This document shows positions 25,074 to 34,557 of a stretch of DNA of 40,957 nt, piece by piece. A program made the position numbers and the translations under genes. The stretch is from Patescibacteria group bacterium. GTDB taxonomy: Bacteria; Patescibacteriota; Patescibacteriia; CAIXNZ01. Within the stretch, counting starts at the first letter, position 1; each line of letters begins with the position of its first letter. The DNA is taken from contig JBAZJU010000003.1 in assembly GCA_041651155.1 (NCBI GenBank), positions 85,789-126,745 on the forward strand, written 5' to 3'. The notes beneath the pieces are model-generated. The model made no database searches and had not been told where the DNA came from. It saw only the letters and a program-made list of their open reading frames with translations.

Positions 25074-25833
25074 ATTGTCTTACGGAAAATTCCGGTGTGC
25101 GGCAAAAAACCGCCTCATAGCTAATCGGATGCATATATTCCGTGCCAATCCACGGCACATCTTTATGCGAGTATTCTTCAATCCTGCTTGCGTTAAAATC
25201 TTTAAATTTTTCTATTTCCGCGTCAATTAATTCCTTTTCGCGGGCGGAAAAAATAGATAGATCTGCTTTTCGGAGCGGCAGATATTTTTTTTGATCATAT
25301 TGAAAATATTTTTTTACCACCCGAACTAGTTCGTTGTTACGTTCCATTTGCATAATAATTTCAGTAAAAGCTGCCGGAGTGGGTCCGTGATGATTTTTAA
25401 TATAAGTAGCGCCAATAAGTTGTTCTTCGTATTTTTCATAATAATCAAAGTCAATGAAATACAAGATTTTACAAATCACTGCCTCGCCGATATTCGGCAA
25501 TGCTCCAATTTTTTCCAGAATATATAAAAGCGTTTCTTTTAACTTTATAATGTTTTCTTGAGGCACAGAAATGCGCATTTCCTTTTTAGCTTTTTTAGAC
25601 TTTATCTTCTTACCTAGTTCTATTTTGGGTGACGGACTTTCTTTGCCATCAATAAAATCTTCAATAACTATACCAAAAGTATCCGCAAGCTTTTTTGCTT
25701 CGGTAATAGTCAGATCTCGCTCACCTTGTTCTATCTGAAGATAGGTCGGGCGGGAAATGCCAATTCTAGACGCTAAAAATTCCTGCGTCAGATTGTTTTT
25801 TTTGCGTTGTTTAAAAATAAAATCACCAAGCAT
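25057..25833 (-). CDS. XRE-type HTH fused to a DUF4065 (Panacea/SocA-like) antitoxin-type domain
   Basis: N-terminal LTQEFLASRIGISRPTYLQIEQGERDLTITEAKKLADTFG. C-terminal KILYFIDFDYYEKYEEQLIGATYIKNHHGPTP. Confidence 0.65.
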   Translation of the reverse strand: MLGDFIFKQRKKNNLTQEFLASRIGISRPTYLQIEQGERDLTITEAKKLADTFGIVIEDFIDGKESPSPKIELGKKIKSKKAKKEMRISVPQENIIKLKETLLYILEKIGALPNIGEAVICKILYFIDFDYYEKYEEQLIGATYIKNHHGPTPAAFTEIIMQMERNNELVRVVKKYFQYDQKKYLPLRKADLSIFSAREKELIDAEIEKFKDFNASRIEEYSHKDVPWIGTEYMHPISYEAVFCRTPEFSVRQYDDEL

Positions 25834-25918
25834 ATTGCTTCCATTATAATCATTGTAAAAATACTTGTCAAGACAAATGTAAAAAAGTTATACACAACTT
25901 ACTTTCACTTCCTAAATA

Positions 25919-26005
25919 CGGAGAGGGTGGGATTTGAACCCACGAGACTGTTTCCAATCTACCGCTTTTCGAGAGCGGCCCATTCAACCACTCTGGCACC
26001 TCTCC
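25919..26005 (-). tRNA. tRNA-Ser (anticodon CGA)
   Basis: Minus strand GGAGAGG..CCGCT-CTCGAAA-AGCGG, long variable arm, GTGGG-TTCAAAT-CCCAC-CCTCTCC-G. Confidence 0.85.
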
Positions 26006-26108
26006 AGGTTTTAACAATAACTAATAAGTATAACCATGACTAACAATATTTTTTATTTCATCACAAAAAATATAATACTTTTATAAACCATATCAAGAGC
26101 AAAATAAA

Positions 26109-26873
26109 TTAGTAAATCACTACGGCTTTATCAGCAAGCATGTCCCAATTTTTTTGAAAAGCGCTGATTGACATTCTTATCTTGCCATATATTGGATCTA
26201 AAAGTATCATTTGTTTTGGATTATTAGAACTGCCAGTAAACCCAATTAAAGTGCGAGCGTGTTCATCTAGTTTAGCCACAATAACTTTTCCAGCTGGAGT
26301 TTTCCAGGAGATATCCTTTCCTTTCCCAATTACTCCCCAAACTACAATAGGATTATTATTAGATAATTCCGTAATTAAATCTGTGATTGTGGCATTACTC
26401 ATAATTTTAGCTGAACGATATTTTGTGGCTAAATCAAAAATTGGTTTTTCATAAACACCATAACCAGTATTTGGCATTGAACCATTGATATTGCCGACAA
26501 ATCCTAAATTAGGATCACCCCAGATATTGCCAGACTGGCGAGGGCCAGGATCAGACACGGGCAACTGGTTAATTAATTCATTTTCAGTAACTTTTACTCC
26601 CTTATAATTTAAAGCCATGGTTAAAGCAGCAGCTTCGCAAGAAAGTGAATGCTGCTGACGATGAAATGGTACGGACAATTCAATTGCTGGACTGATTGGA
26701 ATCATGGCAGCGGCTGCCTGGTAATAAATTATTTTGGCCACGCTTTTAACCGCATTTTCTTCACCTTTAGAATCATCAATTGTTAAATCAAAAATTAGCC
26801 AGCCAAAAAATGCTACTAAAGCAATTATAGCAATAACCCTACTAACCAAAATATAATTTTTACTAATTTTCAT
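26109..26873 (-). CDS. membrane-anchored C39-like cysteine peptidase family protein
   Basis: N-terminal TM segment. VPFHRQQHSLSCEAAALTMALNYKGVKVTENEL is typical of peptidase_C39_2/YvpB-like proteins. Confidence 0.65.
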   Translation of the reverse strand: MKISKNYILVSRVIAIIALVAFFGWLIFDLTIDDSKGEENAVKSVAKIIYYQAAAAMIPISPAIELSVPFHRQQHSLSCEAAALTMALNYKGVKVTENELINQLPVSDPGPRQSGNIWGDPNLGFVGNINGSMPNTGYGVYEKPIFDLATKYRSAKIMSNATITDLITELSNNNPIVVWGVIGKGKDISWKTPAGKVIVAKLDEHARTLIGFTGSSNNPKQMILLDPIYGKIRMSISAFQKNWDMLADKAVVIY

Positions 26874-26895
26874 AAGTTTTTAATTAAATTTAGTC

Positions 26896-27399
26896 TTATA
26901 ATTTAGGTTTTTTAACTAAATTTGCGACATTATCATAACTACCGATCAAGGCTAATAAATGTTTATATTGCCAATCTCGTTCTTTGGCAACAGCCAAATT
27001 AGCCTTAGATAATTTTGTTGCCCTAAAGATAGCTTGCTGGGCATAAAGCGCAGAGCCAAGTGAATGCGTGCGTACATGGGCTGTTGCCACTGCTTGGCCG
27101 CAAGCGCGGGCAGCAGAGCGGGCGGCATTATCCTCCCCTACATCACGTGCAGCAGCATGTGAATCAAGTGAGGCTTTACGAATAACAGCCATTTTAAATA
27201 CTCCTGTATTAATCCAAGCTTGAAGTGTTTCTAATGCATGTCTTGGCCGAAGGTCTTTTGGATATTTTTCTTCAAAGTAAGGCAAAACACGCAAGGCACA
27301 ATCAATTGCCCAGACAGCCAATATTTTTTTATCTGTTTTTTTCACCAGCTCAACCATTGGCTTGTCTTTGAGTGTAAGTGTAAATTTTGTTTTTTTCAT
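26896..27399 (-). CDS. all-alpha Imm5-like putative immunity protein
   Basis: LAVWAIDCALRVLPYFE..DLRPRHALETLQAWI..HAAARDVGEDNAARSAARACGQAVATAHV. Track start trimmed because residues 1-22 overlap the tRNA. ATG 27399 or 27357 possible. Confidence 0.5.
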   Translation of the reverse strand: MKKTKFTLTLKDKPMVELVKKTDKKILAVWAIDCALRVLPYFEEKYPKDLRPRHALETLQAWINTGVFKMAVIRKASLDSHAAARDVGEDNAARSAARACGQAVATAHVRTHSLGSALYAQQAIFRATKLSKANLAVAKERDWQYKHLLALIGSYDNVANLVKKPKL

Positions 27400-27401
27400 T
27401 T

Positions 27402-27486
27402 CGGAAGGTGTGGGATTTGAACCCACGAACCCTTGCGGGTAACACGCTTTCCAAGCGTGCGCCATAAGCCACTAGGCGAACCTTCC
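27402..27486 (-). tRNA. tRNA-Ser (anticodon GGA)
   Basis: GGAAGGT..CACGC-TTGGAAA-GCGTG, long variable arm TTACCCGCAAGGGTTC, GTGGG-TTCAAAT-CCCAC-ACCTTCC-G. Confidence 0.85.
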
Positions 27487-27490
27487 ATTT

Positions 27491-27787
27491 TTAATACCTT
27501 AATAATTGATTAGTTTTCTTTTTTAATCTCATTGTATTATTAAACAATCCTAACAATCTTTTAAAGAATAAGCCACCTTTATATCTTTTAATTTCTAATT
27601 CCCTTTTATAGGCATCCGATTTAGTTTTACATTTTTCTGTATATTTAACTTTCCAAGGTAAATACGGCTTAGTTGATTTTACTTCCCCGTTATTATGCTG
27701 GCGCAGACGATTTTGTATATCTGCAATATGACCAATATAGTATCTGCCATTCTTTAAGCTTTGTAAAATATAAACGATATAATTCAT
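27491..27787 (-). CDS. GIY-YIG nuclease family protein (small, stand-alone)
   Basis: YIVYILQSLKNGRYYIGHIADIQNRLRQHNNG..AYKRELEIKRYKG. Stop codon lies 4 nt before the tRNA-Ser 5' end. Confidence 0.8.
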   Translation of the reverse strand: MNYIVYILQSLKNGRYYIGHIADIQNRLRQHNNGEVKSTKPYLPWKVKYTEKCKTKSDAYKRELEIKRYKGGLFFKRLLGLFNNTMRLKKKTNQLLRY

Positions 27788-27844
27788 AATTTTTCACCTA
27801 ATTTTAATGCTTTCTGCCGCGCAGCGGCATTCCGCTACGCAGAA

Positions 27845-27879
27845 CAAGCGTGCGCCATAAACCGCTAGGCGAACTCTCC
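27845..27879 (-). pseudogene. tRNA-Ser 5'-half copy ending in the anticodon loop
   Basis: GGAGAGTTCGCCTAGCGGTTTATGGCGCACGCTTG aligns to nt 1-35 of the 27402-27486 tRNA with 4 mismatches, and the ATTT 5' flank is shared. No T arm follows. Confidence 0.75.
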
Positions 27880-27935
27880 ATTTAAACTTTCTAATTCCCC
27901 CATATTTCAGCTTTCAGATTTCAGCATTCAGAATT

Positions 27936-29468
27936 CTATTTAAACAAGTAATCCAATATCATCCAGTCAGTCAAATGTTCAATTGGCGCCTTATCATCTG
28001 TGAGATATCCAAAATTATTATCATAACTTACTTTAACCGCAGAATTAACTGCATTATCAATGATTGGTTTTAATTCCTCAATCTTATTCAAATTTTCCAT
28101 TTTAGTAAAGTCCAAATCATTATCACTGGCCAAAACCATATAATTCAATGAATCAGGCACAGGCACAAGGTAAACATTTTTAAAAACCAGATTCATGGTA
28201 TTAGTAATGTTTTTTAAAAGTTCTGAATCCGGAGAACTGGCATTAACATTCATGGTCACTACGCCATCCATAACTAAATGTTTTTTTACCAAATCAAAAA
28301 ATTCTTTGGTTGTGAGCTGAAAGGAAATATAAAGCTGATTAGCATAAACATCAATCACCATGGCATTATACTGCTTATTATAATAATCCAAAAAATTGCG
28401 GCCGTCTAAATTATACACGGTTAAAGAAGGATTATTTAAGTCAAAATATCTCTTGGCCAGGTCAATTATTTTCTGATCTATTTCCACGCCATCAATCTGC
28501 ACATTATAATCTTGGGCAAAAAAATGGTTTAACTGTGTGCTGATTGTGCCGCCAGCCAAACCCAGAATTAAAATTTTCTGCTCTTTGCCATTGCCATCCA
28601 AATACGGCAGAAGGTTGTAATAATCAAAATACGAATCAGTTAAAACATTACTTATATCTTGATTTAAAATAGAAAAAACAGCCATGCCCTCATTTATGCT
28701 CAGATATCTAAAATTGTTTTTATCATGAACTTGAAAGTATTGATACACAGATTCACCTTCAGTGACTACTCCTTGTGCAGTTTTAATCTGTGGCATTTTC
28801 ATAAAAAAAATGGGCATAAATAAAATTAAAAAAATTGCCAGCCATTTTCTTTTAATTAATCCCAGTAAACAAACACCTAATAAAACCAAGCTAAAAGCAA
28901 TTATTGTTTTCCTTGTGCCTAAATATGGAATAAAAATTAAAACTGGCAAAAAGGTGCCAAAGATACTGCCTATCGTGGAAATGCTAAAAACCAAGCCAGC
29001 GTCTTTGCCGAGCTGTGCATCTAAATTTGACAATAATTTGATAATAAAAGGGCTCACAATGCCCAAAAGTAAAATTGGCAAAATAAATAAAAGGCTGACA
29101 ATAATCAAAGATCCGCCGAAAATTAAAAGGCTGGCAGATTTAAAAACTATTATATTTTTATTCAGCCATTCAACCAATGGGCTGGCAATAAAAGGAATTA
29201 TTAGTAAAATCAGGCAAGCGCCTAAAATTATTTTAAGTAAAATGTTTAGCTCTGGCCTGGCATCAGCTAATTTTCCGCCCAAGTAATAGCCTATTGCCAG
29301 AGCAATCATAATCACGCCAATCACATTGGTCCAGACAAAAGTTGAGGTCCCAAAATAAGGCGCAATTAAACGCGAAGCTGAAATCTCCACGGCCATGATA
29401 GTCATGCCGCTGGTGAAGGCTAGAACTAACAGATAGAGCCTCTTAAATTTTTCACTTGTAATCCTCAT
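27936..29468 (-). CDS. fused membrane domain / spermidine synthase-like aminopropyltransferase
   Basis: About 7 N-terminal TM segments. C-terminal KILILGLAGGTISTQL..VDGVEIDQKIIDLAKRYF..MVIDVY. ATG at 29468 preferred over the TTG at 29483. Confidence 0.75.
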   Translation of the reverse strand: MRITSEKFKRLYLLVLAFTSGMTIMAVEISASRLIAPYFGTSTFVWTNVIGVIMIALAIGYYLGGKLADARPELNILLKIILGACLILLIIPFIASPLVEWLNKNIIVFKSASLLIFGGSLIIVSLLFILPILLLGIVSPFIIKLLSNLDAQLGKDAGLVFSISTIGSIFGTFLPVLIFIPYLGTRKTIIAFSLVLLGVCLLGLIKRKWLAIFLILFMPIFFMKMPQIKTAQGVVTEGESVYQYFQVHDKNNFRYLSINEGMAVFSILNQDISNVLTDSYFDYYNLLPYLDGNGKEQKILILGLAGGTISTQLNHFFAQDYNVQIDGVEIDQKIIDLAKRYFDLNNPSLTVYNLDGRNFLDYYNKQYNAMVIDVYANQLYISFQLTTKEFFDLVKKHLVMDGVVTMNVNASSPDSELLKNITNTMNLVFKNVYLVPVPDSLNYMVLASDNDLDFTKMENLNKIEELKPIIDNAVNSAVKVSYDNNFGYLTDDKAPIEHLTDWMILDYLFK

Positions 29469-29637
29469 AGTTTTAATAACCAATAATCAAATTTCAAGTT
29501 CCAAATAAATCCCAAATTCCAAATTCTAAATCTAAAATTTTGTAATTTGGGATTTGGATTTTATTTGTTTTTTGGTTTTTGTCATTTGTTATTTATATTA
29601 TAATCTTACAACAAAAAATCGCCCTTGACTAATATTC

Positions 29638-29666
29638 TTGACATCATTTTAAAGTATGTGTATATT
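29638..29666 (+). promoter_or_regulatory. sigma70-like promoter of an orphan transcript
   Basis: TTGACA (29638-29643), 17-nt spacer, TATATT (29661-29666). Confidence 0.5.
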
Positions 29667-29672
29667 TATCTC

Positions 29673-29813
29673 AAGAACCCGCCAAAGGGCAGACCGCTGG
29701 ATGGTATGGCAAGTCCACAGCAGATAACCGGACAAAATAAGTCCAATCTCATCCATGTCATTTCCCAAGGGTTCAGGCGACTTACTGGACCTTTTCCCGG
29801 TAGTCGCCTTTTT
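29673..29813 (+). ncRNA. candidate ~140-nt structured small RNA, unclassified
   Basis: Closing helix GAACCC (29675-29680)/GGGTTC (29769-29774), inner TGGATG/CATCCA and GTCC/GGAC helices. Then a 13-bp terminator stem (29775-29809) followed by TTTTT. No plus-strand gene downstream. Confidence 0.45.
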
Positions 29814-29824
29814 CATTTAAAGTT

Positions 29825-29867
29825 AAAAAAAACCGTCCTGCTCCGTATGGTGCAGGACGGTTTTTTT
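29825..29867. terminator. bidirectional terminator (end of the cop operon)
   Basis: A8, CCGTCCTGC (29833-29841)/GCAGGACGG (29852-29860), T7. Confidence 0.7.
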
Positions 29868-29881
29868 ATGTAAAGATCAAA

Positions 29882-30640
29882 TTATTTTAAACCAATTTCT
29901 GTAGCGGAGCTTTTAATGGTTTCCAAACTTAATGTATTAGCATTATTTAAAGCAAATAATTTGTCGTACATTTCCCAGAATTTACCCTGTTCATTGGCGC
30001 ATTCGGAAGCAACAGCAGCTGGCTGAGCAAATGGATGAAAGCTTAAAGGAAAATGCTTAAAAACTAAAGTTACGTCATTAGGATATGCTTTCAATATCTG
30101 ATCCATCACTGGCTTGTGTCGCCCGCAATAAGGGCATTGAAAATCTGTGAATAAAATCATTGTTATCTTGCCATTTTTGGCGCCAGTCGCATGATCAGTT
30201 TCCGTGATTTGCGGCATATCAACTTTGACAATCTTTTTTGTATCAGGATCCTGCAAAAATGAGTCGTTTGGTTCCTTACCTGCCAACAATTCATCAATTA
30301 AGGTTTTAAAAGCTTCAAAAGGCAAAGCCCCTGAAACCAAGTAACCATTTACAAACGTAGCAGGAGTGCCTTGCACGCCTAATTGCGTACCTTCGGCCTG
30401 GTCAGCTGATATAACTGAATCATATTTAGTTGAAGCCAAGCAAGCTTCAAAATTTTTGGCGACTTTGGCAGTACCTGTGCCATTTGAATTACCAGAAATT
30501 ATCTTACCTCCGCCAAACATATAAATAAGCAAGCCAATAACCGCCAACACGCTAATTATGGCAATGCCCATTGATAAGCCAAGCTGAAAATTTTTATCAG
30601 CAAATGGAGAAGAAGTCTTTGCTTTATTGTTTTCGTCCAT
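29882..30640 (-). CDS. DsbA-family thiol:disulfide oxidoreductase, membrane anchored
   Basis: TM segment, then FTDFQCPYCGRH (CxxC). ATG at 30640 preferred over the GTG at 30679. Confidence 0.8.
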   Translation of the reverse strand: MDENNKAKTSSPFADKNFQLGLSMGIAIISVLAVIGLLIYMFGGGKIISGNSNGTGTAKVAKNFEACLASTKYDSVISADQAEGTQLGVQGTPATFVNGYLVSGALPFEAFKTLIDELLAGKEPNDSFLQDPDTKKIVKVDMPQITETDHATGAKNGKITMILFTDFQCPYCGRHKPVMDQILKAYPNDVTLVFKHFPLSFHPFAQPAAVASECANEQGKFWEMYDKLFALNNANTLSLETIKSSATEIGLK

Positions 30641-30726
30641 GTTTTTAAAATTATTTTTTAGATTTATTAATTTAAGCACTTAATGACATTTTAATACATT
30701 TGCCAAAATCTGGCAAGCAAGCAGGC

Positions 30727-32970
30727 TTACAATTTTATTTTTTTCAATCTTAAAGAATTTAAAACTACAAAAATTGAACTAAAAGCCATTGTCCCGGCAG
30801 CAATCATGGGAGAAAGCAAAATGCCCAATGAAGGGTATAAAACTCCGGCAGCAATGGGAATGCCTAAAATATTATAAATAAATGCCCAAAACAAATTGCC
30901 CTTGATTGTGGCCATGGTTTTTTTGCTTAAAATAATAGCTTTCACAACCTTATTAATATCACCTTTTAAAATAACAATATTGGCTGATTCAATGGCCACG
31001 TCAGTACCTGTACCCATGGCAATACCCACATTAGCCTGCATTAAAGCAGGCGCATCATTAATGCCATCGCCGACCATGCCGACTTTTTTGCCCTGAGATT
31101 GCAATTCTTTGACTTTTTTCAATTTGTCTTCAGGTTTAACCTTGCCATACCAATCGTGGATATTTAATAGATGAGCCACAACTTCAGCAGTTTTCAGATT
31201 ATCACCGGTCATTAAAATCGGTTCTATATTTAATTCTTTAAGTTTGGCAATGGCTTTTTTGGCATCTTCTTTGATGGTGTCAGAAATAGAGACATACCCC
31301 AGATAATTATTTTGGCCAGCTAAAATTAAAACCGTGCGCCCATTATTTTCTTCATCAGTAATTTTCATCTGAGCTTCTTTGGGAATTAATATATTATGTT
31401 CCGCTAATAATTCATGATTGCCTAGATAATAAATTAAGTTATTAATTTTGCCTATCACTCCCCTGCCTATTTTTGCTGAAAAATTTTCTACTTGAGCTAT
31501 GCTAAATTTATATTCTTCTGCTTTTTTAACAATGGCTAAAGCTAAAGGATGTTCTGATTTTTTTTCTAAAGAATAGGCTAATTTTAAAACATCTTCACTG
31601 GAAAAATTAATTACTTGAGGCTTGCCTTCAGTTAAAGTCCCTGTTTTATCAAAAATTAATATATCCAAATCCTGCACCTTTTCCAAGCTTTCAGCGTCTT
31701 TAATTAAAATCCCCTCTTCTGCGCCTTTGCCTGTTCCCACCATAATCGCGGTTGGCGTTGCCAAGCCCAGAGCGCAGGGGCAGGCAATTATTAAGACAGT
31801 TACTCCGGCAATTAAAGCCAGGGCAAAATTTGGTCCATAAACCAACCAGATTGAAAATGATAACAGAGCAATCACAATAACTGTTGGCACAAAATATCCC
31901 GAAATAATATCGGCCAATCTTTGAATCGGCGCTTTTGAGCCCTGAGCGTCTTCTACCAGTTTAATTATTTGAGCTAAGGCAGTTTCTTTACCAACTTTTT
32001 CCGCTTTAAAAACAAGAGCCCCCATTTTATTAATAGTCGCGCCAATCACCTTATCGCCGATTTTTTTATCAACCGGCAAACTCTCGCCTGTAATCATGCT
32101 TTCATCAATTGAAGATTCGCCTTCTACAATTTCACCGTCAACCGGAATTTTCTCACCTGGCTTAACAATAATTAAATCACCAACTTTCACATCTTCAATT
32201 GGGATTTCTTTTTCTTCATGGCCGATTAAGATCCTGGCTGTCTTGGCCTGCAATTTAATTAATCGTTTAATTGCTTCTGAGGCCTTGCCTTTGGCGCGGG
32301 CTTCCAAAAATTTGCCTAAAATAATTAAAGTTAAAATTACAGACGAAGTATCAAAATAAACATTGGCTTGCTGGCCTGCTGCTATAAAAAATTGAGGAAA
32401 CAGAGTCGCTGCTAAGGAAAATAGATAAGCCGCGCTGGTGCCAACCGCAATCAGGGTATCCATATTTGAGTTAAATCTCTTTAAACCAGCCCAGGCGCTT
32501 TTATAAAATTGCGAGCCAAGCCAGATCTGCACAGGAGTTGCCAGTAGAAGCAAAATCGCATTCATCATCTGCGCTGGAAAATTCTGAAAGCTCGGAATCA
32601 AAAAGTAATTTGACAAGATCATGATAATCGCTGACATTATTATGCCAAAAATCATTTTATTTTTTAATTTCTTAATCTCTTCCTCTTTAAGCATGGCCGC
32701 ATGGTCATGTCCCGGCATATTCATGCCAGGCATTTTTTCATCTTCAGAGATCAATTTATAATTGCCCACGCTGCCTGTTGCTTTCTGCAAATGTTCATAA
32801 GATACTTTTTCATCTGCTTCAACCATGGCTTTTTCCGTGGCATAATTAACCACTGCCTTTTTTACCCCAGGCACTTTATTTAATTTTTTTTCTATATTTA
32901 TTGCGCAAGAAGCGCAATCCATACCTTGCACAAAATAAGTCTTTTTTTGCGACGGAATATTTTTGGTCAT
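30727..32970 (-). CDS. copA: copper-translocating P1B-type ATPase
   Basis: N-terminal [13 protein letters not shown]6 [18 protein letters not shown]. Confidence 0.9.
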   Translation of the reverse strand: MTKNIPSQKKTYFVQGMDCASCAINIEKKLNKVPGVKKAVVNYATEKAMVEADEKVSYEHLQKATGSVGNYKLISEDEKMPGMNMPGHDHAAMLKEEEIKKLKNKMIFGIIMSAIIMILSNYFLIPSFQNFPAQMMNAILLLLATPVQIWLGSQFYKSAWAGLKRFNSNMDTLIAVGTSAAYLFSLAATLFPQFFIAAGQQANVYFDTSSVILTLIILGKFLEARAKGKASEAIKRLIKLQAKTARILIGHEEKEIPIEDVKVGDLIIVKPGEKIPVDGEIVEGESSIDESMITGESLPVDKKIGDKVIGATINKMGALVFKAEKVGKETALAQIIKLVEDAQGSKAPIQRLADIISGYFVPTVIVIALLSFSIWLVYGPNFALALIAGVTVLIIACPCALGLATPTAIMVGTGKGAEEGILIKDAESLEKVQDLDILIFDKTGTLTEGKPQVINFSSEDVLKLAYSLEKKSEHPLALAIVKKAEEYKFSIAQVENFSAKIGRGVIGKINNLIYYLGNHELLAEHNILIPKEAQMKITDEENNGRTVLILAGQNNYLGYVSISDTIKEDAKKAIAKLKELNIEPILMTGDNLKTAEVVAHLLNIHDWYGKVKPEDKLKKVKELQSQGKKVGMVGDGINDAPALMQANVGIAMGTGTDVAIESANIVILKGDINKVVKAIILSKKTMATIKGNLFWAFIYNILGIPIAAGVLYPSLGILLSPMIAAGTMAFSSIFVVLNSLRLKKIKL

Positions 32971-33124
32971 AATATTTTAGTAATATTTAAATAAAACGTT
33001 TTTAATGACAAATAACAAAGATCAAATAACAAAAGAATGTCAAAATCTAAATATTCAATTTCAAAATTTTGTTATTTTAACTTTGTGCTTTATGTTTATT
33101 TTGACATTTTTCATTTGAATTTTG

Positions 33125-34468
33125 TCATTGCACTAAAAATTTTCCCCACACCATGCGCATGCCGCAAGAAAATTTTAATTCACCTAATTTATCAGGCGTA
33201 AATTCAATAATATTTTCGCCATAGTTTAATTGTTTATAAATATTATAATCGTCCAAACGAATTGCGCTCGTACAACCAGACATTTGCTTAACATTTATAA
33301 TCCAACGCACTGGCACGCCTTTTTTAACATACAAAACATTGGGTTCATAACCAAAGGTGCCCAAGTCCATTTTCACTTCTTGATAACCATTAACAATTTG
33401 CGTACTGCTATTACCACTACTTGTGGCGGGAGTAAATCCAGAGCCTAAATTGGTCAAACCTCTATTAAACATAATTATACCTAAAATAATGACTAAAACG
33501 CCAGAGACCTTAATAATCTTCCCGATAAATTGGTGAGAAATTTTTGATACAAAAATCCCAAAGCCAAACATCAATGGTATTGTACCTAACGCATAAACAG
33601 CCATGCTTAAGCCGCCTTTAATAAAACTGCCTGAAGCCAGAGCATATAATTGCATGGCTTGGAGAGGTCCGCAAGGCATAAAGCCATTAAATAAACCGAT
33701 AATAAAAGGACCCTTGGGTTTTTGACTGTGCTTTTGGCCAAAAAGATATTTGGCTATAAAATTTGGCGTTCTTAATTTAATTTTTTCCAAAATCTGCCAT
33801 TTGGTCACAAAAGACAAACCCATTAAAATCATTAAGCCGCCAGCGATTAACAAGACAATTCCAGTAAAAACTGGATTAATGCCAAAGAATTTGCCAATGC
33901 CGCCCAAAACACCGCCAATAACAGTGTAAGATATCAAACGTCCCAAATTATATTGAAAATGAGGTGTAACTAATTTTTTCTCTTGATTCTCAGATTTTAA
34001 GCCTGAGGTAGAATAAGCAATGACCAGGCCGCCGCACATGCCAATACAATGAAAGCTCGCAAGCAAGCCAATCATAAAAATTAAGCCATAGCCTATATTT
34101 GGTTCATTTAATTTGGCTAAAATCTGAAACCCGCCAAAAGTCGTAAATAAATAAAAAGCTCCAATCACCAAGCCAATAGCAAGAGGAATTAAAATCCCTA
34201 ATAGAAATGAAGACGGCTTTTTTGTTTGTTGATTTGTATTGGCTTGTTTTGTTTCGCAAATTTGCGGCTGGTAATTTAATTTGCTAATTGTTTTAAAAAT
34301 TTCAGCCAGAGAAATTTTCGTGTCATCATATTCCAAATTGGCCAAGCCACTTGCATAATCAACTTCAATTTTATTGATTCCTGGCAAACTTTTAACTTCT
34401 TCTTCAACCAAAGTTTTACAGCTTTGGCAATGCATGCCAGAAATTTTAAAGTTTAATATTTTATTCAT
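33125..34468 (-). CDS. HMA domain / TauE-DsbD-like permease / cupredoxin-like fusion protein
   Basis: N-terminal GMHCQSC metal-binding domain, about 7 TM segments with CGGL and PCGP motifs, C-terminal beta domain ending SGCTSAI..FSCGMRMVWGKF. Confidence 0.7.
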   Translation of the reverse strand: MNKILNFKISGMHCQSCKTLVEEEVKSLPGINKIEVDYASGLANLEYDDTKISLAEIFKTISKLNYQPQICETKQANTNQQTKKPSSFLLGILIPLAIGLVIGAFYLFTTFGGFQILAKLNEPNIGYGLIFMIGLLASFHCIGMCGGLVIAYSTSGLKSENQEKKLVTPHFQYNLGRLISYTVIGGVLGGIGKFFGINPVFTGIVLLIAGGLMILMGLSFVTKWQILEKIKLRTPNFIAKYLFGQKHSQKPKGPFIIGLFNGFMPCGPLQAMQLYALASGSFIKGGLSMAVYALGTIPLMFGFGIFVSKISHQFIGKIIKVSGVLVIILGIIMFNRGLTNLGSGFTPATSSGNSSTQIVNGYQEVKMDLGTFGYEPNVLYVKKGVPVRWIINVKQMSGCTSAIRLDDYNIYKQLNYGENIIEFTPDKLGELKFSCGMRMVWGKFLVQ

Positions 34469-34557
34469 ATTTTTTCCTATGTTACAAATTAAATTGTGCT
34501 TGAAAGTATTGGGTAATTTTGTATTATTTGTAACTAAATTTGTAAATTCGCTGGGTA

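Noticed and set aside
25807-26043. ORF 25807..26043(+), and the first 22 codons of ORF 26896..27465(-)
   Set aside because: Both are translations across tRNA-Ser genes (the GFEPT.. and VGSNPTP.. strings are tRNA T-arm artefacts).
27900-27935. Low-complexity words such as TTTCAG x4 / TTCAGAATTC (also at 14281-14300 and 34876-34885), ATGAATTATGAA (34838-34856, 39828-39853) and the 12-bp AAATCCCAAATT/AATTTGGGATTT hairpin (29507-29555)
   Set aside because: They are real repeats of short AT-rich words near gene boundaries, but I cannot separate them from compositional background or assign a role without genome-wide statistics.
29625-29873. 82-codon plus-strand ORF
   Set aside because: It has a non-ATG start and no SD, and it reads straight through two terminator hairpins. 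The region is better explained as a small RNA unit.
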